Under the pieces are notes generated by a model. The model did no database searches. It saw nothing but the letters and a program-made list of their open reading frames with translations, and was not told the DNA's origin. DNA of 64,000 nucleotides from Polyangiales bacterium (GTDB lineage: Bacteria; Myxococcota_A; Polyangia; Polyangiales; Polyangiaceae). Shown piece after piece: positions 8,997-20,425 of the stretch. The DNA is taken from assembly GCA_038231275.1 (NCBI GenBank), contig JBBRLQ010000001.1, positions 256,001 to 320,000 of the forward strand, written 5' to 3'. Positions within the stretch are counted from its first letter, which is position 1. Every line of letters begins with the position of its first letter. The position numbers and the translations under genes are program-made.

Positions 8997-10844
8997 CTAC
9001 GTCGGGTTGCCGACGACCGGCAAGCGCACCGTGCCGCGCGACGTCGGGAGCGGGAGATCCTGATTCTTCGCGTAGACCGGGTGACGCCCCTTCGTGCGGT
9101 ACCACTCGGCGACGCTGGCGTTCGCCTTCATCTTCTCGATCACGTTCCGCCAGCCGACGCCGGTGTTGTACGCGCAGAAGCTGATCTCCCCCATCTGCGT
9201 GCCGTAGGGGATGATGCACATCTCGGTGCGGCGGAAATCGTAGTTGAAGAGATCCTGGAACCACATGCCGGCGACGAAGAGCAGCCGCCACTCGAATTCG
9301 GCGGCGTCGCTCTCGTACTCGCCGACCTTCGCGCCGCGGTTGCCGGTCTGGCTGAGGAACTGCTTCACGAGCTTCGCGAAGGAGTAGCCGCGCGGCGCGT
9401 GGCGGGCGTCGTAGCTCTTCATGAGGGCCAACGCGACCTGGGCGAGCGTGACCGCGCGGGGCTGCGCGCCGTCGGTGATCGTCCCGATGTCGGCGAGGAG
9501 CTGCTCGAGATCGAGGAACTTGGTGAGCGGCACCATCTCGCCCGTCTTCTTGTTCACGAACAGCACGGTGCCGATGCCGCAGTTCGGGTGGCAGCCGCAC
9601 TTCAGCGCGCCCCAGTCGGCGCGCTCGCCCATGAGCGTGTCGGTCAGATCGCTGAACGGGCCCATCGCCGAGAGCGGGAACCAGTCGCGGAGAGGCTCGG
9701 TCGCGCCGGTCTGCGCCTTCACGTCGTGCGCCAGGTGGCTCAAGGTGTAACGCTGGCGCGTGCGCTGCTCGTCGGAGATGTCCTCGTCGCGGCCGGTGAA
9801 GCTGACCGGCTGGAAGCTGACGACGGTGATCTTGTCGGCGTTGGCGATCGCGAACTCTACGATCTTGCCGACCTGGTCGTTGTTCACGCCGTTCACGACG
9901 GTGACGACGAGGACCACGTCGATCCCCGCGGCGTGGAGGTTCTCGATCGCGCGGAGCTTCACGTCGAAGAGGTTGCCGACCTTGCGGTGGCTGTTTGCCT
10001 CGTTGGTGACGCCGTCGAACTGCAGGTACGCGAGGCGGAGCCCCGCGGCCTTGGCCTTCTGCGCGAGCTCCGGGTCCTGCGCAAAGAGCACGCCGTTGGT
10101 TGCACACTGCACACAAAAATAGCCATTTTCGCGAGAGTATTGGATGGCGCGGAGGAAGTGCGGGGAGAGCGTCGGCTCGCCGCCCGAGAACTGGACGCTC
10201 ATCTGGCGGCGCGGCTTGATGGTGAGCGAGTCGTCGAGGATCTTCTGGATCTCGTCCCACTCGAGCTCGTGGACGAAGCCGACCTGGTTGGCGTCCATGA
10301 AGCAGGGATCGCACATCATGTTGCAGCGGTTCGTGAGATCCACCGTGAGGACCGAGCCGCGGCCGTACTTCACGCTCGACGAGCCGTGCTCGCGGAGGCG
10401 CGTGAGCGGCGCGAGAAAATCGCGGCCGGGGTAGAGCTGCTCGATGCGGCGAAAGAACGCGGCGTCGATGCTCATGACGTCCTCGGTCGCGCCGTGCCGG
10501 GGGCAGCTCTTCTTCATCTTCACGATGCCGTCTTCTTCGACGACCTGCGCGCGGATCTCACCGGGGCGACCTTCGGTGAGCGTCGAGAGTGCCTTCTCGC
10601 CGCTCAAGATCTGCGCGCGCACCTCCTTCACGCAGCCCGGGCAGAGCGAGTCGGTCTCGCGCGGCCAGCCGAGCTGGGGGAACGTGCGCTCGCGGCGCTT
10701 GGGGAGGGGGCCGGGAGCCCACGACGGGCTCGGCGACGGGCGCTCGAAGCGCGCGTTGTAGCGTTCGACGAGGGGCCACGCCGCGCGTGCCGCGTGGGAG
10801 AGCCCGCGCTCGGCGGCGCGGAGAACACGATCCTGGATGCGCAT
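8997..10844 (-). CDS. radical SAM enzyme, tetraether lipid synthase (Tes/GDGT-MAS)-like
   Basis: N-terminal SLCPGC...KSCPRHG rubredoxin-like motif, [62 protein letters not shown]...ISFCAYN. Confidence 0.85.
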   Translation of the reverse strand: MRIQDRVLRAAERGLSHAARAAWPLVERYNARFERPSPSPSWAPGPLPKRRERTFPQLGWPRETDSLCPGCVKEVRAQILSGEKALSTLTEGRPGEIRAQVVEEDGIVKMKKSCPRHGATEDVMSIDAAFFRRIEQLYPGRDFLAPLTRLREHGSSSVKYGRGSVLTVDLTNRCNMMCDPCFMDANQVGFVHELEWDEIQKILDDSLTIKPRRQMSVQFSGGEPTLSPHFLRAIQYSRENGYFCVQCATNGVLFAQDPELAQKAKAAGLRLAYLQFDGVTNEANSHRKVGNLFDVKLRAIENLHAAGIDVVLVVTVVNGVNNDQVGKIVEFAIANADKITVVSFQPVSFTGRDEDISDEQRTRQRYTLSHLAHDVKAQTGATEPLRDWFPLSAMGPFSDLTDTLMGERADWGALKCGCHPNCGIGTVLFVNKKTGEMVPLTKFLDLEQLLADIGTITDGAQPRAVTLAQVALALMKSYDARHAPRGYSFAKLVKQFLSQTGNRGAKVGEYESDAAEFEWRLLFVAGMWFQDLFNYDFRRTEMCIIPYGTQMGEISFCAYNTGVGWRNVIEKMKANASVAEWYRTKGRHPVYAKNQDLPLPTSRGTVRLPVVGNPT

Positions 10845-10888
10845 CTGGTCGCGAGCATACCAGACTGCGCGCGCTATTCTCGCCGCCC

Positions 10889-11299
10889 ATGCGCGCCCAT
10901 ACCGAGTACCTCACCTTCCACACCAAGGCCCGGCGAGAGCTCGTCCATATGACCCCCAAGCTCGGGGAGATCCTGAAGACGAGCGGCATCGCCGAGGGCT
11001 TCATGCTCGTCAGCGCGATGCACATCACCGCCGGCGTCTTCGTGAACGACGACGAGTCGGGCCTCCACGAGGACATCTGGAAGTGGCTCGAGCACCTGGC
11101 CCCAAAGGCCGACTACGCCCACCACCGCACGGGAGAGGACAACGGGGACGCCCACCTAAAGTCGATGCTCGTGCATCACGAGGTGATCGTCCCGGTGACC
11201 AAAGGGCGGCTCGACCTGGGGACCTGGCAGCGGGTCTTCTACGCCGAGTTCGACGGGCAGCGCGACAAGCGGCTGATCGTCAAGATCCTCGGCATTTGA
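10889..11299 (+). CDS. yjbQ: UPF0047/YjbQ family protein
   Basis: [14 protein letters not shown]...[25 protein letters not shown]. Confidence 0.92.
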   Translation: MRAHTEYLTFHTKARRELVHMTPKLGEILKTSGIAEGFMLVSAMHITAGVFVNDDESGLHEDIWKWLEHLAPKADYAHHRTGEDNGDAHLKSMLVHHEVIVPVTKGRLDLGTWQRVFYAEFDGQRDKRLIVKILGI

Positions 11300-11314
11300 A
11301 GCTCAATCCGAAGG

Positions 11315-11617
11315 CTACTTCGAGAGCTTCGCCGCGAGGACGTCGACCGGCTCGATCTTCGGCGGCTCCGCGAGGAGCTCGCCTGCCTTTGCCATGAGGG
11401 CCGCCGCGATCGGGCCGTTCAGGTGCGCCTTCCGGCCGGTGTCGTCGGGGAACGCGTCGAAGATGCCGAACTCGTTCTTCGAGAAGCGCGTCGCGAACCA
11501 CACCACGGTGGACGCCTCGGCTTGAGCGAGCGGCAACGCGCTCGCCAGGAACGCGGCGACCTCTTCTTCTTTTCCGGGCTTGGCGACGAGACGTACGGAG
11601 AGTCCGACCTTGACCAT
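11315..11617 (-). CDS. antibiotic biosynthesis monooxygenase (ABM) family protein
   Basis: VRLVAKPGKEEEVAAFL...FGIFDAFPDDTGRKAHLNG; 100 aa; GAGG RBS; divergent from an AraC regulator. Confidence 0.85.
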   Translation of the reverse strand: MVKVGLSVRLVAKPGKEEEVAAFLASALPLAQAEASTVVWFATRFSKNEFGIFDAFPDDTGRKAHLNGPIAAALMAKAGELLAEPPKIEPVDVLAAKLSK

Positions 11618-11766
11618 GGAGCACCTCGCTTTCGAGAGGAAGCCTAGGGAGGCGGCGGTGAATGGGGTAGCGCCGGAAGCGACAACGAAGGTAGCGATTG
11701 CGACAGTGGCGGGATTACCTTCATCGCTGTCGTTTTTGCTACCGTGGGCGGTGATACCCTCGAGAA

Positions 11767-12732
11767 ATGCGGGTGTCCGTGCTGGTCCTCGACGGCGTCT
11801 TCGATAGCGGTCTGTCGGTCGTGCTCGACACACTGGCGACGGCGAACGACCTGGCAGAGGGCGGTCGTAGGTCGGCGCGGCACGAGGTGACGGTGTGCGG
11901 GCTCTCGCGCTTCGCGACGACGTACCACGGCCTCCGCGTGCCGCTCGCGCCCGCCAAGGGAGGCGCGCGTCCCGACGTGGTCGTGGTGCCGGCGCTGGGG
12001 TGCAAGACGCGCGAGACGATCTTGGCGGCGCTCGATCGCCGCGACGTGGGCGACGCGTGCGATCTCTTGCGCGGGTGGTCGAAGGGAGGGGCCCGCGTCG
12101 CCGGCGCGTGCACGGCTACGTTCGTCCTCGCGCTCTCCGGCATCCTCGACGGCGGGCGGGCGACGACGACGTGGTGGCTCTCGCCGGTCTTCCGCGAGCG
12201 GTTCCCGCGCGTGACGCTCGACGAGTCGCGAATGATCGTCCAATCGTCGCGCGTCGTGACCGCCGGCGCGGCCCTGGCGCACGTGGATCTCGCGCTGTGG
12301 CTGGTGCGTCAGAGGAGCCCCGCGCTGGCGGAGGCGACGGCGCGGTACCTCGTCTTCGACGCGCGCCCGTCGCAGGCGGGCTATTCGATTCCCGATCACC
12401 TCGCGCACGCCGATCCGCTCGTCGAGCGCTTCGAGCACTGGGCAAGGCGCCACTTGACGGACTTCACCCTCGCCGACGCTGCGCGCCACGTGGGCGCGAG
12501 CGAGCGCACGCTGGAGCGCCGCATGCGGGCCGTGCTCGGGAGGTCGCCTCTCGCGTACGTCCAAGATTTGCGCGTAGAAATGGCCGTTTTTCGACTACGC
12601 ACGACGAGCGAGTCGATCGAGCAGATCGCGACGGCGGTGGGCTATGGCGATGGGGTGACGTTGCGGACGCTCCTCCGAAAGAAGACGGGCCGAGGGATCC
12701 GAGAGCTGCGCGCGCCGGTCGGCGCCGCGTGA
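11767..12732 (+). CDS. GlxA-family AraC transcriptional regulator (DJ-1/PfpI + HTH)
   Basis: GACTATFVLA...GILDGGRATTTWW; C-terminal SERTLERR...SPLAY...IEQIATAVGY. Confidence 0.92.
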   Translation: MRVSVLVLDGVFDSGLSVVLDTLATANDLAEGGRRSARHEVTVCGLSRFATTYHGLRVPLAPAKGGARPDVVVVPALGCKTRETILAALDRRDVGDACDLLRGWSKGGARVAGACTATFVLALSGILDGGRATTTWWLSPVFRERFPRVTLDESRMIVQSSRVVTAGAALAHVDLALWLVRQRSPALAEATARYLVFDARPSQAGYSIPDHLAHADPLVERFEHWARRHLTDFTLADAARHVGASERTLERRMRAVLGRSPLAYVQDLRVEMAVFRLRTTSESIEQIATAVGYGDGVTLRTLLRKKTGRGIRELRAPVGAA

Positions 12733-12909
12733 CGGGCCGATGAGCATCCACCTCGCCTTGCGCATGACGATCGGGGCGTGCGCCATCGCGGCGGCCACCG
12801 GGTGTCGTGCGTCCGAGGCGCGTCGTGCGACTCCCCCCGCGAGGTGATCCTGGGATCCGATCGCCGTTGGGCGTTGACGATCCCTCCGGCTCGTCTTTAC
12901 CCTCCGCAG

Positions 12910-14163
<1,254 letters not shown>

Positions 14164-14166
14164 GAT

Positions 14167-15501
14167 TTGCGGGTGCATTTCACGGTCCTCGGCGCAAGTC
14201 TCGCGTTGCTCGGCGCCTGTGGATCGCCGACCACGCGCGCCACGCTGCCGCCACACGCGGACGAGGCAGCCGCGGGGTTTCGCGATGTCGCCGAGCGATG
14301 GAGCCAGCGCGAGGACGAGGTGCTGGCCGCGCTGGGCGGAGGAGATCCGACGCTGGCGCAGCGCTTTGGCGACGTTCCCGCGCTGGACGGGCCGGACTCC
14401 GAAGTCGAAACGGACTGGTTAGCCCTGCGGCTGCGCACCGAAGGCGTATCGAAGGCAGAGCACGCCCTCGCGCAGTGGGCCGACTCCGCGCGTCTCCCCC
14501 GGACAGCGAATGGGGCCGCGTGGGAGCTACGGCTCGAGCGCGAGCTCGTGATCCGCGCCGTGCGCGAGGAGCGGTTTCGGCTCGAGCACGAGTCGGCCCT
14601 CCCGCGCGGCGCGAGCGCCCTCGTGCGCGCGATGGTGATGACGGTGGGCATCACGCGGCCCTTGCCAGGGCAACCGCCGCGCGAGGGTTGGGTCGACCGG
14701 CGCCTCGACGAGATCCGGATCGCTGCACGCGACGCGACGCTCGATACGACCGAGCTGGCCGAGCTCGAGGACGCGCTGGATGCGCTGGAACGCGGCGCGT
14801 CTCCGAGCACGACGGCGGGCCTCGTGCGCCTGCGTGTGGAGCTCGAGTCGCTCCGCCGCGCGCCGGCGCGGTCGGCCGAACTGGGTCGCCTGGAGCAAGC
14901 GCTGGGCGCGCACGCGGGCACGAGCTTGCCGCTGCCGGTCGTGCGCTCGCGTCTGGAGCGCGCGGAGGTCGGCGCGCGCGACGCGGTCGCCTCCTTCGTC
15001 GCGCGCGTCTCTGCGGAAGACGCCCGCGCCGCCGAGAAGGAGGCCGTGCCCCTCCTCTTCCGCACCGCGTCGTGCGGTGAACCCGAGAACAGCTCCCGCA
15101 TGCGCCGCGCCGCGCCTCCGCCCGAGCGCGCGGCCGCGTGCGCGGAGGTCCGCCTCGCGCGCGACGCCAACGGCGACAAGGAGACGCTGGCCATGTGGAT
15201 CGTGCTGCACGATCACCTCGCGGTGGCGCTCTGGTCGCTCGCGCGCGCCGACGGGGCGCAGTCACCCGACGCCGCGGTGATGGGTCACCGCCTCTTGTCC
15301 GCGATGTCCCCGGAAGCTCGGGCCCGCCTCGCCCGCCTCGCGTCGGTCCAGCCGACCGTCGCGGTCACCGCGGGCCTCGCCGCCGACATGCTGGCGCGCC
15401 GCGGGCCCTTCGGCACCGCGGGCGTCGCCAAGGCATGGGCGGCGTTCGGCGACGCCCCACTCGACGTCGTCGAACGCGAGGTCCTCGCCAAAATGCCCTG
15501 A
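14167..15501 (+). CDS. hypothetical helical lipoprotein
   Basis: Lipobox LLGAC; begins 3 bp after the collagen gene stop; start codon could be TTG 14167 or GTG 14173. Confidence 0.65.
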   Translation: MRVHFTVLGASLALLGACGSPTTRATLPPHADEAAAGFRDVAERWSQREDEVLAALGGGDPTLAQRFGDVPALDGPDSEVETDWLALRLRTEGVSKAEHALAQWADSARLPRTANGAAWELRLERELVIRAVREERFRLEHESALPRGASALVRAMVMTVGITRPLPGQPPREGWVDRRLDEIRIAARDATLDTTELAELEDALDALERGASPSTTAGLVRLRVELESLRRAPARSAELGRLEQALGAHAGTSLPLPVVRSRLERAEVGARDAVASFVARVSAEDARAAEKEAVPLLFRTASCGEPENSSRMRRAAPPPERAAACAEVRLARDANGDKETLAMWIVLHDHLAVALWSLARADGAQSPDAAVMGHRLLSAMSPEARARLARLASVQPTVAVTAGLAADMLARRGPFGTAGVAKAWAAFGDAPLDVVEREVLAKMP

Positions 15502-15526
15502 TTTTTGCGGAATTTTGGCGAAAACG

Positions 15527-16573
15527 TCAGCGCGCGGCGGCGGCGAGCTTCTCTTCGACGAGGATGTCCGCGATGCGGTACGTCGGCGAACGCAGCTTGG
15601 TGCTCCGTTCGGCGATCTCCAGGATCGTGTCGTAGATCTTGAGCGTGCGGTCGCGCGACACCTTCGCGTCGTACCCGCTCACTTCTTGCGCGACGTTGAC
15701 GAGCCCGCCCGCGTTGATGGCGTAGTCGGGCGCGTACAAGATGCCGCGTTGATGCAGGTCGTCGCCGTGGCGCGGCTCCGCGAGCTGGTTGTTGGCGGCG
15801 CCCGCGACGATCTTCGCCTTGAGGCGCGGGATCGTGTGGTCGTTGAGCGCGCTCCCGAGGGCGCACGGCGAGATGACGTCGCACGCGACTTCGAAGATTT
15901 GATCGAGCGGGACGACGGTTGCCTTGAACTCCCGATGCGCGCGCTCTGCCTTCAAGGGATCGACGTCGGCGACGCTGATCTTCGCGCCCGCCTCCGCCAG
16001 CTCCTTGCACAGGTGGTAGCCCACGTGACCGACGCCCTGAATGGCGACGTGCACTCCGTCGAGCGACGTCTTGCCGAGCTTGTGCTTCACGCACGCCTCG
16101 ATGCCGCGGCGCACGCCGAGCGCCGTGAACGGCGACGGATCTCCGGAGCCGCCATTCTTCACGTCCACGCCGGTGACGTGCTTGGTGGCCGTGCGAATGA
16201 CCTCCATATCCTCGAGGCCGGTGCCGCTGTCCTCGGCGGTGATGTAGTGGCCGCCGAGCCCGTCGATGAAGCGCCCGAACGCGCGAAAGAGCGCGACGCG
16301 ATCGAAGTGCTGCTTCGGCCGGACGATCACGCTCTTGCCGCCGCCGTGCGCGAGACCGGCGAGCGCAGCTTTGTACGTCATGCCGCGGGCGAGGCGGAGC
16401 GCGTCAATGAGCGCCGCTTCGTCGGTGTCGTACGGAAGGAAACGGCACCCGCCGAGCGAAGGGCCGAGACGCGAGTCGTGGATCGCCACGATGGCCTTCA
16501 GGCCCGTCGCCTTGTCGAGGCCGAAATGGACCTCTCCGTAGTCGTATGTCTTGAGGTGACCGAAGAGATCCAC
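15527..16573 (-). CDS. leucine dehydrogenase (Glu/Leu/Phe/Val dehydrogenase family)
   Basis: AIHDSRLGPSLGGCR, GMTYK, GGGKSV, YITAED, GDPSPFTALGV, QGVGHVG, GAANNQL, PDYAINAGG. Start GTG 16573. Confidence 0.93.
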   Translation of the reverse strand: MDLFGHLKTYDYGEVHFGLDKATGLKAIVAIHDSRLGPSLGGCRFLPYDTDEAALIDALRLARGMTYKAALAGLAHGGGKSVIVRPKQHFDRVALFRAFGRFIDGLGGHYITAEDSGTGLEDMEVIRTATKHVTGVDVKNGGSGDPSPFTALGVRRGIEACVKHKLGKTSLDGVHVAIQGVGHVGYHLCKELAEAGAKISVADVDPLKAERAHREFKATVVPLDQIFEVACDVISPCALGSALNDHTIPRLKAKIVAGAANNQLAEPRHGDDLHQRGILYAPDYAINAGGLVNVAQEVSGYDAKVSRDRTLKIYDTILEIAERSTKLRSPTYRIADILVEEKLAAAAR

Positions 16574-16593
16574 GTGGGGTCCGTTCTTTTCGC

Positions 16594-17646
16594 TCAGGGA
16601 TGGCCGGCCGGCATCTGCATGCCCGGTGGCATCTGCATGCCCGGCGGCATCTGCATGCCCTTCATCGCCGCCGACGGATCCTTCGCGGCGCCCGCGTCGC
16701 CGGACGGCTTCTGGAACTTCTTGTCGTCCGCCGTGGCCCAGTCGCCCGGCGACACTCCGACGATGTAGATGATCGGATCGGCGTCTTTCATGGCGTAGCG
16801 CGCGCTTCCCTGCGACGTCTTGCCGACCTTGAGGACGTAGTGGCCCGCGTTGTCCTTCAGGTTGATCTCGAGCGTCGCCTCCGGCGCGTCGAGGCCGGTG
16901 TCCGCGGCCGTCTTCTTCTCGTCGGCGAAGTCGTCGGCGTTCAGCATCTTGAAGACGCGGAGGAGATCTTTCACCTTCTCCTCGTCGAAGCGCTCGATCG
17001 GCTTGTTGTTGAGCGTGCCTGCCCAGTGCTCGCCCTTCGTGAACGAGAACTTTCCGGTCTTGTTGGTGAGGAGCACGTTCGTCGCGTTCGCGTCGTCGAA
17101 CTTGAGCATCTCCTTCTCGCGCCACTCGTTGGCGGTGCGGTTGTAGAGGTAGCTCGAGTAGCCGGTCGCGCCGTACACGGCGGGCTTGCCCTCGACCATC
17201 ATCATCTCGCCCCGGCTGCCGGTCTTTCCGAACCAGTTGTCCGACTTCTTGTCGGCGCCCTTGAACGCCTGCACGTGCAAGGCGAGCGCGGGGGTGAGGT
17301 TGTATTCCTTCTTCAGCCCGTCATCGACGGTCGACGAGATGACCTCCTTGGCCTTGATCTCCTTCATGTTGTCGATGAGGGATTTCACGCTCGTCTGATT
17401 GGCGAGGGCCTTCACGGGCTTCGTCACCATCCACTTGTCGCCCTGCTTCTCGAGGACGACGTCGCCCTTGTCGCCGTTTGTGATCGACACCTTGTCGACG
17501 TCGTCGGGCGTCTTGATGTCCGGCAGGTCGGTCTGCGCGGAGGTCGGGGCGCCCTTCTTGGCGTCCTGGTTCATCTGCCGATAGACGAGGCCCGAGAGGG
17601 CCGCCAGAACGACGACCCCGATGACGAGGCTTTTTTCACGAGACAT
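16594..17646 (-). CDS. DUF4340-domain membrane-anchored protein (GldAFG-like operon partner)
   Basis: N-terminal TM helix; duplicated L.K....W...P...A.....V..L pattern; C-terminal MQMPPG repeats. Confidence 0.75.
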   Translation of the reverse strand: MSREKSLVIGVVVLAALSGLVYRQMNQDAKKGAPTSAQTDLPDIKTPDDVDKVSITNGDKGDVVLEKQGDKWMVTKPVKALANQTSVKSLIDNMKEIKAKEVISSTVDDGLKKEYNLTPALALHVQAFKGADKKSDNWFGKTGSRGEMMMVEGKPAVYGATGYSSYLYNRTANEWREKEMLKFDDANATNVLLTNKTGKFSFTKGEHWAGTLNNKPIERFDEEKVKDLLRVFKMLNADDFADEKKTAADTGLDAPEATLEINLKDNAGHYVLKVGKTSQGSARYAMKDADPIIYIVGVSPGDWATADDKKFQKPSGDAGAAKDPSAAMKGMQMPPGMQMPPGMQMPAGHP

Positions 17647-17696
17647 CTGGATGCTCCGTCTTGTGCTGCGTCTTGCTGTGAAGGACGGCCCGAGGA

Positions 17697-19520
17697 TCAG
17701 GCCAGAGACACGTTGGCGCGCGCGCTCATGCGCATGCGCCAGCGAAGGACGCCGTAGAGGGCGAAGAGGAGCGGGACGCCGAGGATGAGGATGCCCTCGA
17801 CCCAGCGCTGCTGGATCTTCTTGGCGGTCTTCATCTCGTCGTCGCGCTTCTTCAGCGCCTCGTCGCTGTCTTCGGCGAACGTGGGCTTGCTCACGTCGCC
17901 GTAGACGAGGCTCGGCTCGCTCAGGATCTTCGCGCTGACGGCGAGGAGATCGGTGTCGCCCGTGAGGTAGTCGAGCGTGTTCTTGAACGCGAGGATGGTG
18001 CTGGTGAGCGCCTGCTGCGCGTACGGACCGGCGAGCTGCTGGAGCTGCTCGTCGCCGCCGCCGCCCGGCATCATCATCTGCATCTGCCCCATGTCGGGCC
18101 CGTTGCCGGCGCGCGCGAACGGGTTCGCGAGGAACTGCGACGACGCGATGACGAGCACGCGCGCCGACTTCACGCTCTTCGCGGGCGCCTCGATGCCCAT
18201 CTTGTCGCCGGCCGGGAACGCCGTCGCCAGCGTGCCCTCCGCCGACGCCGCGATGGGGAACTGCTGCCACTGCCCCTTGGGCTTCCACGACTTGAAGGGC
18301 TTCAGGTCGACCGCGTCGCTCGTCTCGGCGATCGATCGCGGCGTGGTGCGCGCGAGGATCTTGAGCGTCGCCTCCGACTGCTTCTCCTTCTTGAGCCCGA
18401 CGCTCGACGGGAAGGGGAACGACAGCTGCGGAATGCGGAAGAACGCCGGGAAGCCGGTGTCGAGCAGCTGCTCGTCGCCGGTGAAGCGCAGATCGTCCTG
18501 CACGTCGGCCATCTGCGGGAAGCGCGCGCTGGCGATGCCGCCCTGGGTCATCATCTGCACGCGGAACGAGCGACCGAAGTCGAGGATCACGTCCTTGTGG
18601 AGCTCGATGCCGTACCCGTCGAGGAGCTTGTCGAGCCCGTGTGCGTTCAGGATCGCGTTCATCGTCGCGTCGGACGCCTTCACGTTGGCGGCGCCGGCGA
18701 TGACGACGAGCGCCTTGCCCTTCATCACGAACTGGTCGATGCGGCGCAGCTCCTTCTCGGTGATGTCCTTGTTCGGCTGCGTGATGATGAGGCCGTCGAT
18801 GGACTCGTCCACGTCCGCGTCGCCGCCCTTCAGGTCCACGTCCTGGAGCTGATAGAAGGGGAAGTTTTGCGTGATGATCTGCTGGATGTTGGGCTTGCCC
18901 TGCGCCGCCGGGATGAGGTTCGCTTCCGTGAGCTTCATCTCGTCGTGACCGGTGAGGACACCGATCTTGTGCTTCAGGCTGTCGCCACGATCGCGGACCT
19001 CACGGACCTTGTTCGTGATCCAGAACTCCAGGCCGTCGGTGCGGTCCGGCGGGAGGAACTTGATCGCGTCCTTCTCCGAGCCGTACTTGAGGACGAGGCC
19101 CATGAAGCCCTGCGTGACGGCGGCGGCGTTCTCGGTCTCGCTCGCTTCGCCGAACGGCTGCTCGACGAGCCCGGCGTCCTTGGCCGCCTTCTTCTGCTCC
19201 TCGTCCTTCGCCTCGATGATGGCGTAGTCGAAGTGCCCGCCGCTGTTGTCCTTGTAGTCCTGGAGCAGATCGCGAAGGTCGCGCACGAACGCGTCGAGCT
19301 TGGGCAAGCCCTTCGTGACGTACGCGTCGACCTGCATGTTCTGCTTCATCGACTTGAGGAGCGAGCCGCTGCCCTTGGAGAGCGTGAAGCGCTCGTTCTT
19401 CGTGACGTCGATGCGCTTGTACCCGCCCAAGGCGGACAGGGCGTTCACGGCGACGAGGATCGCCGCCATGACGAGGAGGAGGGCGCCGCTCTCGGTCGCG
19501 GCTTTTGCACGTCGTTCCAT
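17697..19520 (-). CDS. GldG-family ABC transporter auxiliary component
   Basis: RIDVTKNERFTLS, GVLTGHDE, RRIDQFVMKGK, NTLDYL; N- and C-terminal TM helices. Confidence 0.88.
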   Translation of the reverse strand: MERRAKAATESGALLLVMAAILVAVNALSALGGYKRIDVTKNERFTLSKGSGSLLKSMKQNMQVDAYVTKGLPKLDAFVRDLRDLLQDYKDNSGGHFDYAIIEAKDEEQKKAAKDAGLVEQPFGEASETENAAAVTQGFMGLVLKYGSEKDAIKFLPPDRTDGLEFWITNKVREVRDRGDSLKHKIGVLTGHDEMKLTEANLIPAAQGKPNIQQIITQNFPFYQLQDVDLKGGDADVDESIDGLIITQPNKDITEKELRRIDQFVMKGKALVVIAGAANVKASDATMNAILNAHGLDKLLDGYGIELHKDVILDFGRSFRVQMMTQGGIASARFPQMADVQDDLRFTGDEQLLDTGFPAFFRIPQLSFPFPSSVGLKKEKQSEATLKILARTTPRSIAETSDAVDLKPFKSWKPKGQWQQFPIAASAEGTLATAFPAGDKMGIEAPAKSVKSARVLVIASSQFLANPFARAGNGPDMGQMQMMMPGGGGDEQLQQLAGPYAQQALTSTILAFKNTLDYLTGDTDLLAVSAKILSEPSLVYGDVSKPTFAEDSDEALKKRDDEMKTAKKIQQRWVEGILILGVPLLFALYGVLRWRMRMSARANVSLA

Positions 19521-19528
19521 GGCTTATC

Positions 19529-20422
19529 TCAGCTCCACTTCCGGCTCTCGAGGGAGCGGAAGGCGGCTAGCAGACAGATGATCGTGATCGACAGGAAGTA
19601 GATGACGGCGCGGGTGTCGATGAGGCCGCGCGAGAACGGAACGAACCGCGTCTGGAAGGACACGAACGAGATCGCGTCGCCCACCGGGCCGTGCACGAAC
19701 TCGACGATCGAGCCGATGAACCACAGGAGCGCGAGGACGGCCGCCGTGATGAAGAACGCGACGATTTGGTTCTCGGTGAAGCTCGAGAACATCATCCCGA
19801 CCGCGATGCCGGCGCCGCCCATGAGGAGGAGGCCCAGGTAGCTGGTGGTCACCGGACCCCAATCGAGCGGGCCCATGTGCCAGGGCCACATGAACATCGC
19901 GATCGGGTAGATGAGCGTGCAGAGGAGGAGCACCGCCGTGAGCCCCAGCGCGGCGAAGAACTTTCCGAGGATGACCTCGCTGTCCTTCACCGGCATCGTG
20001 ATGAGAAGCTCGATGGTGCCGCTGCGCTTCTCTTCGGCGAGCGCGCGCATCGTGAGGAGCGGCAGCACGAGGAAGCTGAGGAGAATGGGGAGGCTGCCGA
20101 CGCCGTCGAAGAGGCGCGACACGCTCGCGCGATCGACCTGCCAGAAGCCGAAGAAGAAGAACCAGACGCCCACGATGAGGAGCGTGAGGCACACGACGAC
20201 GTACGCGACGATCGAGTCGAAGTACGCCTTGAACTCACGTCGCGTGATCGTGAGGATGTTCCGGAGGCCGGCGCCGGGTTTGCGCTCGAAGACCTTCGGC
20301 TGGGCAGTGGCCGGCAGCTCCTTCTTGGACTTGCCGTTCGACTCGTCGCTCTCTTCTTCCTCGTGCTCCGCCGCCTCATCGGCCTCGTGCACGTCGTCCC
20401 TGAGCTCTTCCGTCGTTGCCAT
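19529..20422 (-). CDS. ABC-2 type permease, GldF-like
   Basis: RREFKAYFDS, LTMRALAEEKRSGTIELLITMP, VILGKF, SSFTENQIVA. Confidence 0.9.
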   Translation of the reverse strand: MATTEELRDDVHEADEAAEHEEEESDESNGKSKKELPATAQPKVFERKPGAGLRNILTITRREFKAYFDSIVAYVVVCLTLLIVGVWFFFFGFWQVDRASVSRLFDGVGSLPILLSFLVLPLLTMRALAEEKRSGTIELLITMPVKDSEVILGKFFAALGLTAVLLLCTLIYPIAMFMWPWHMGPLDWGPVTTSYLGLLLMGGAGIAVGMMFSSFTENQIVAFFITAAVLALLWFIGSIVEFVHGPVGDAISFVSFQTRFVPFSRGLIDTRAVIYFLSITIICLLAAFRSLESRKWS

Positions 20423-20425
20423 GGC

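Noticed and set aside
8997-10844. Radical SAM enzyme as RiPP maturase for the double-glycine peptide
   Set aside because: It is 23 kb away, its motifs are Tes-type, and no RRE or SPASM pattern is evident.
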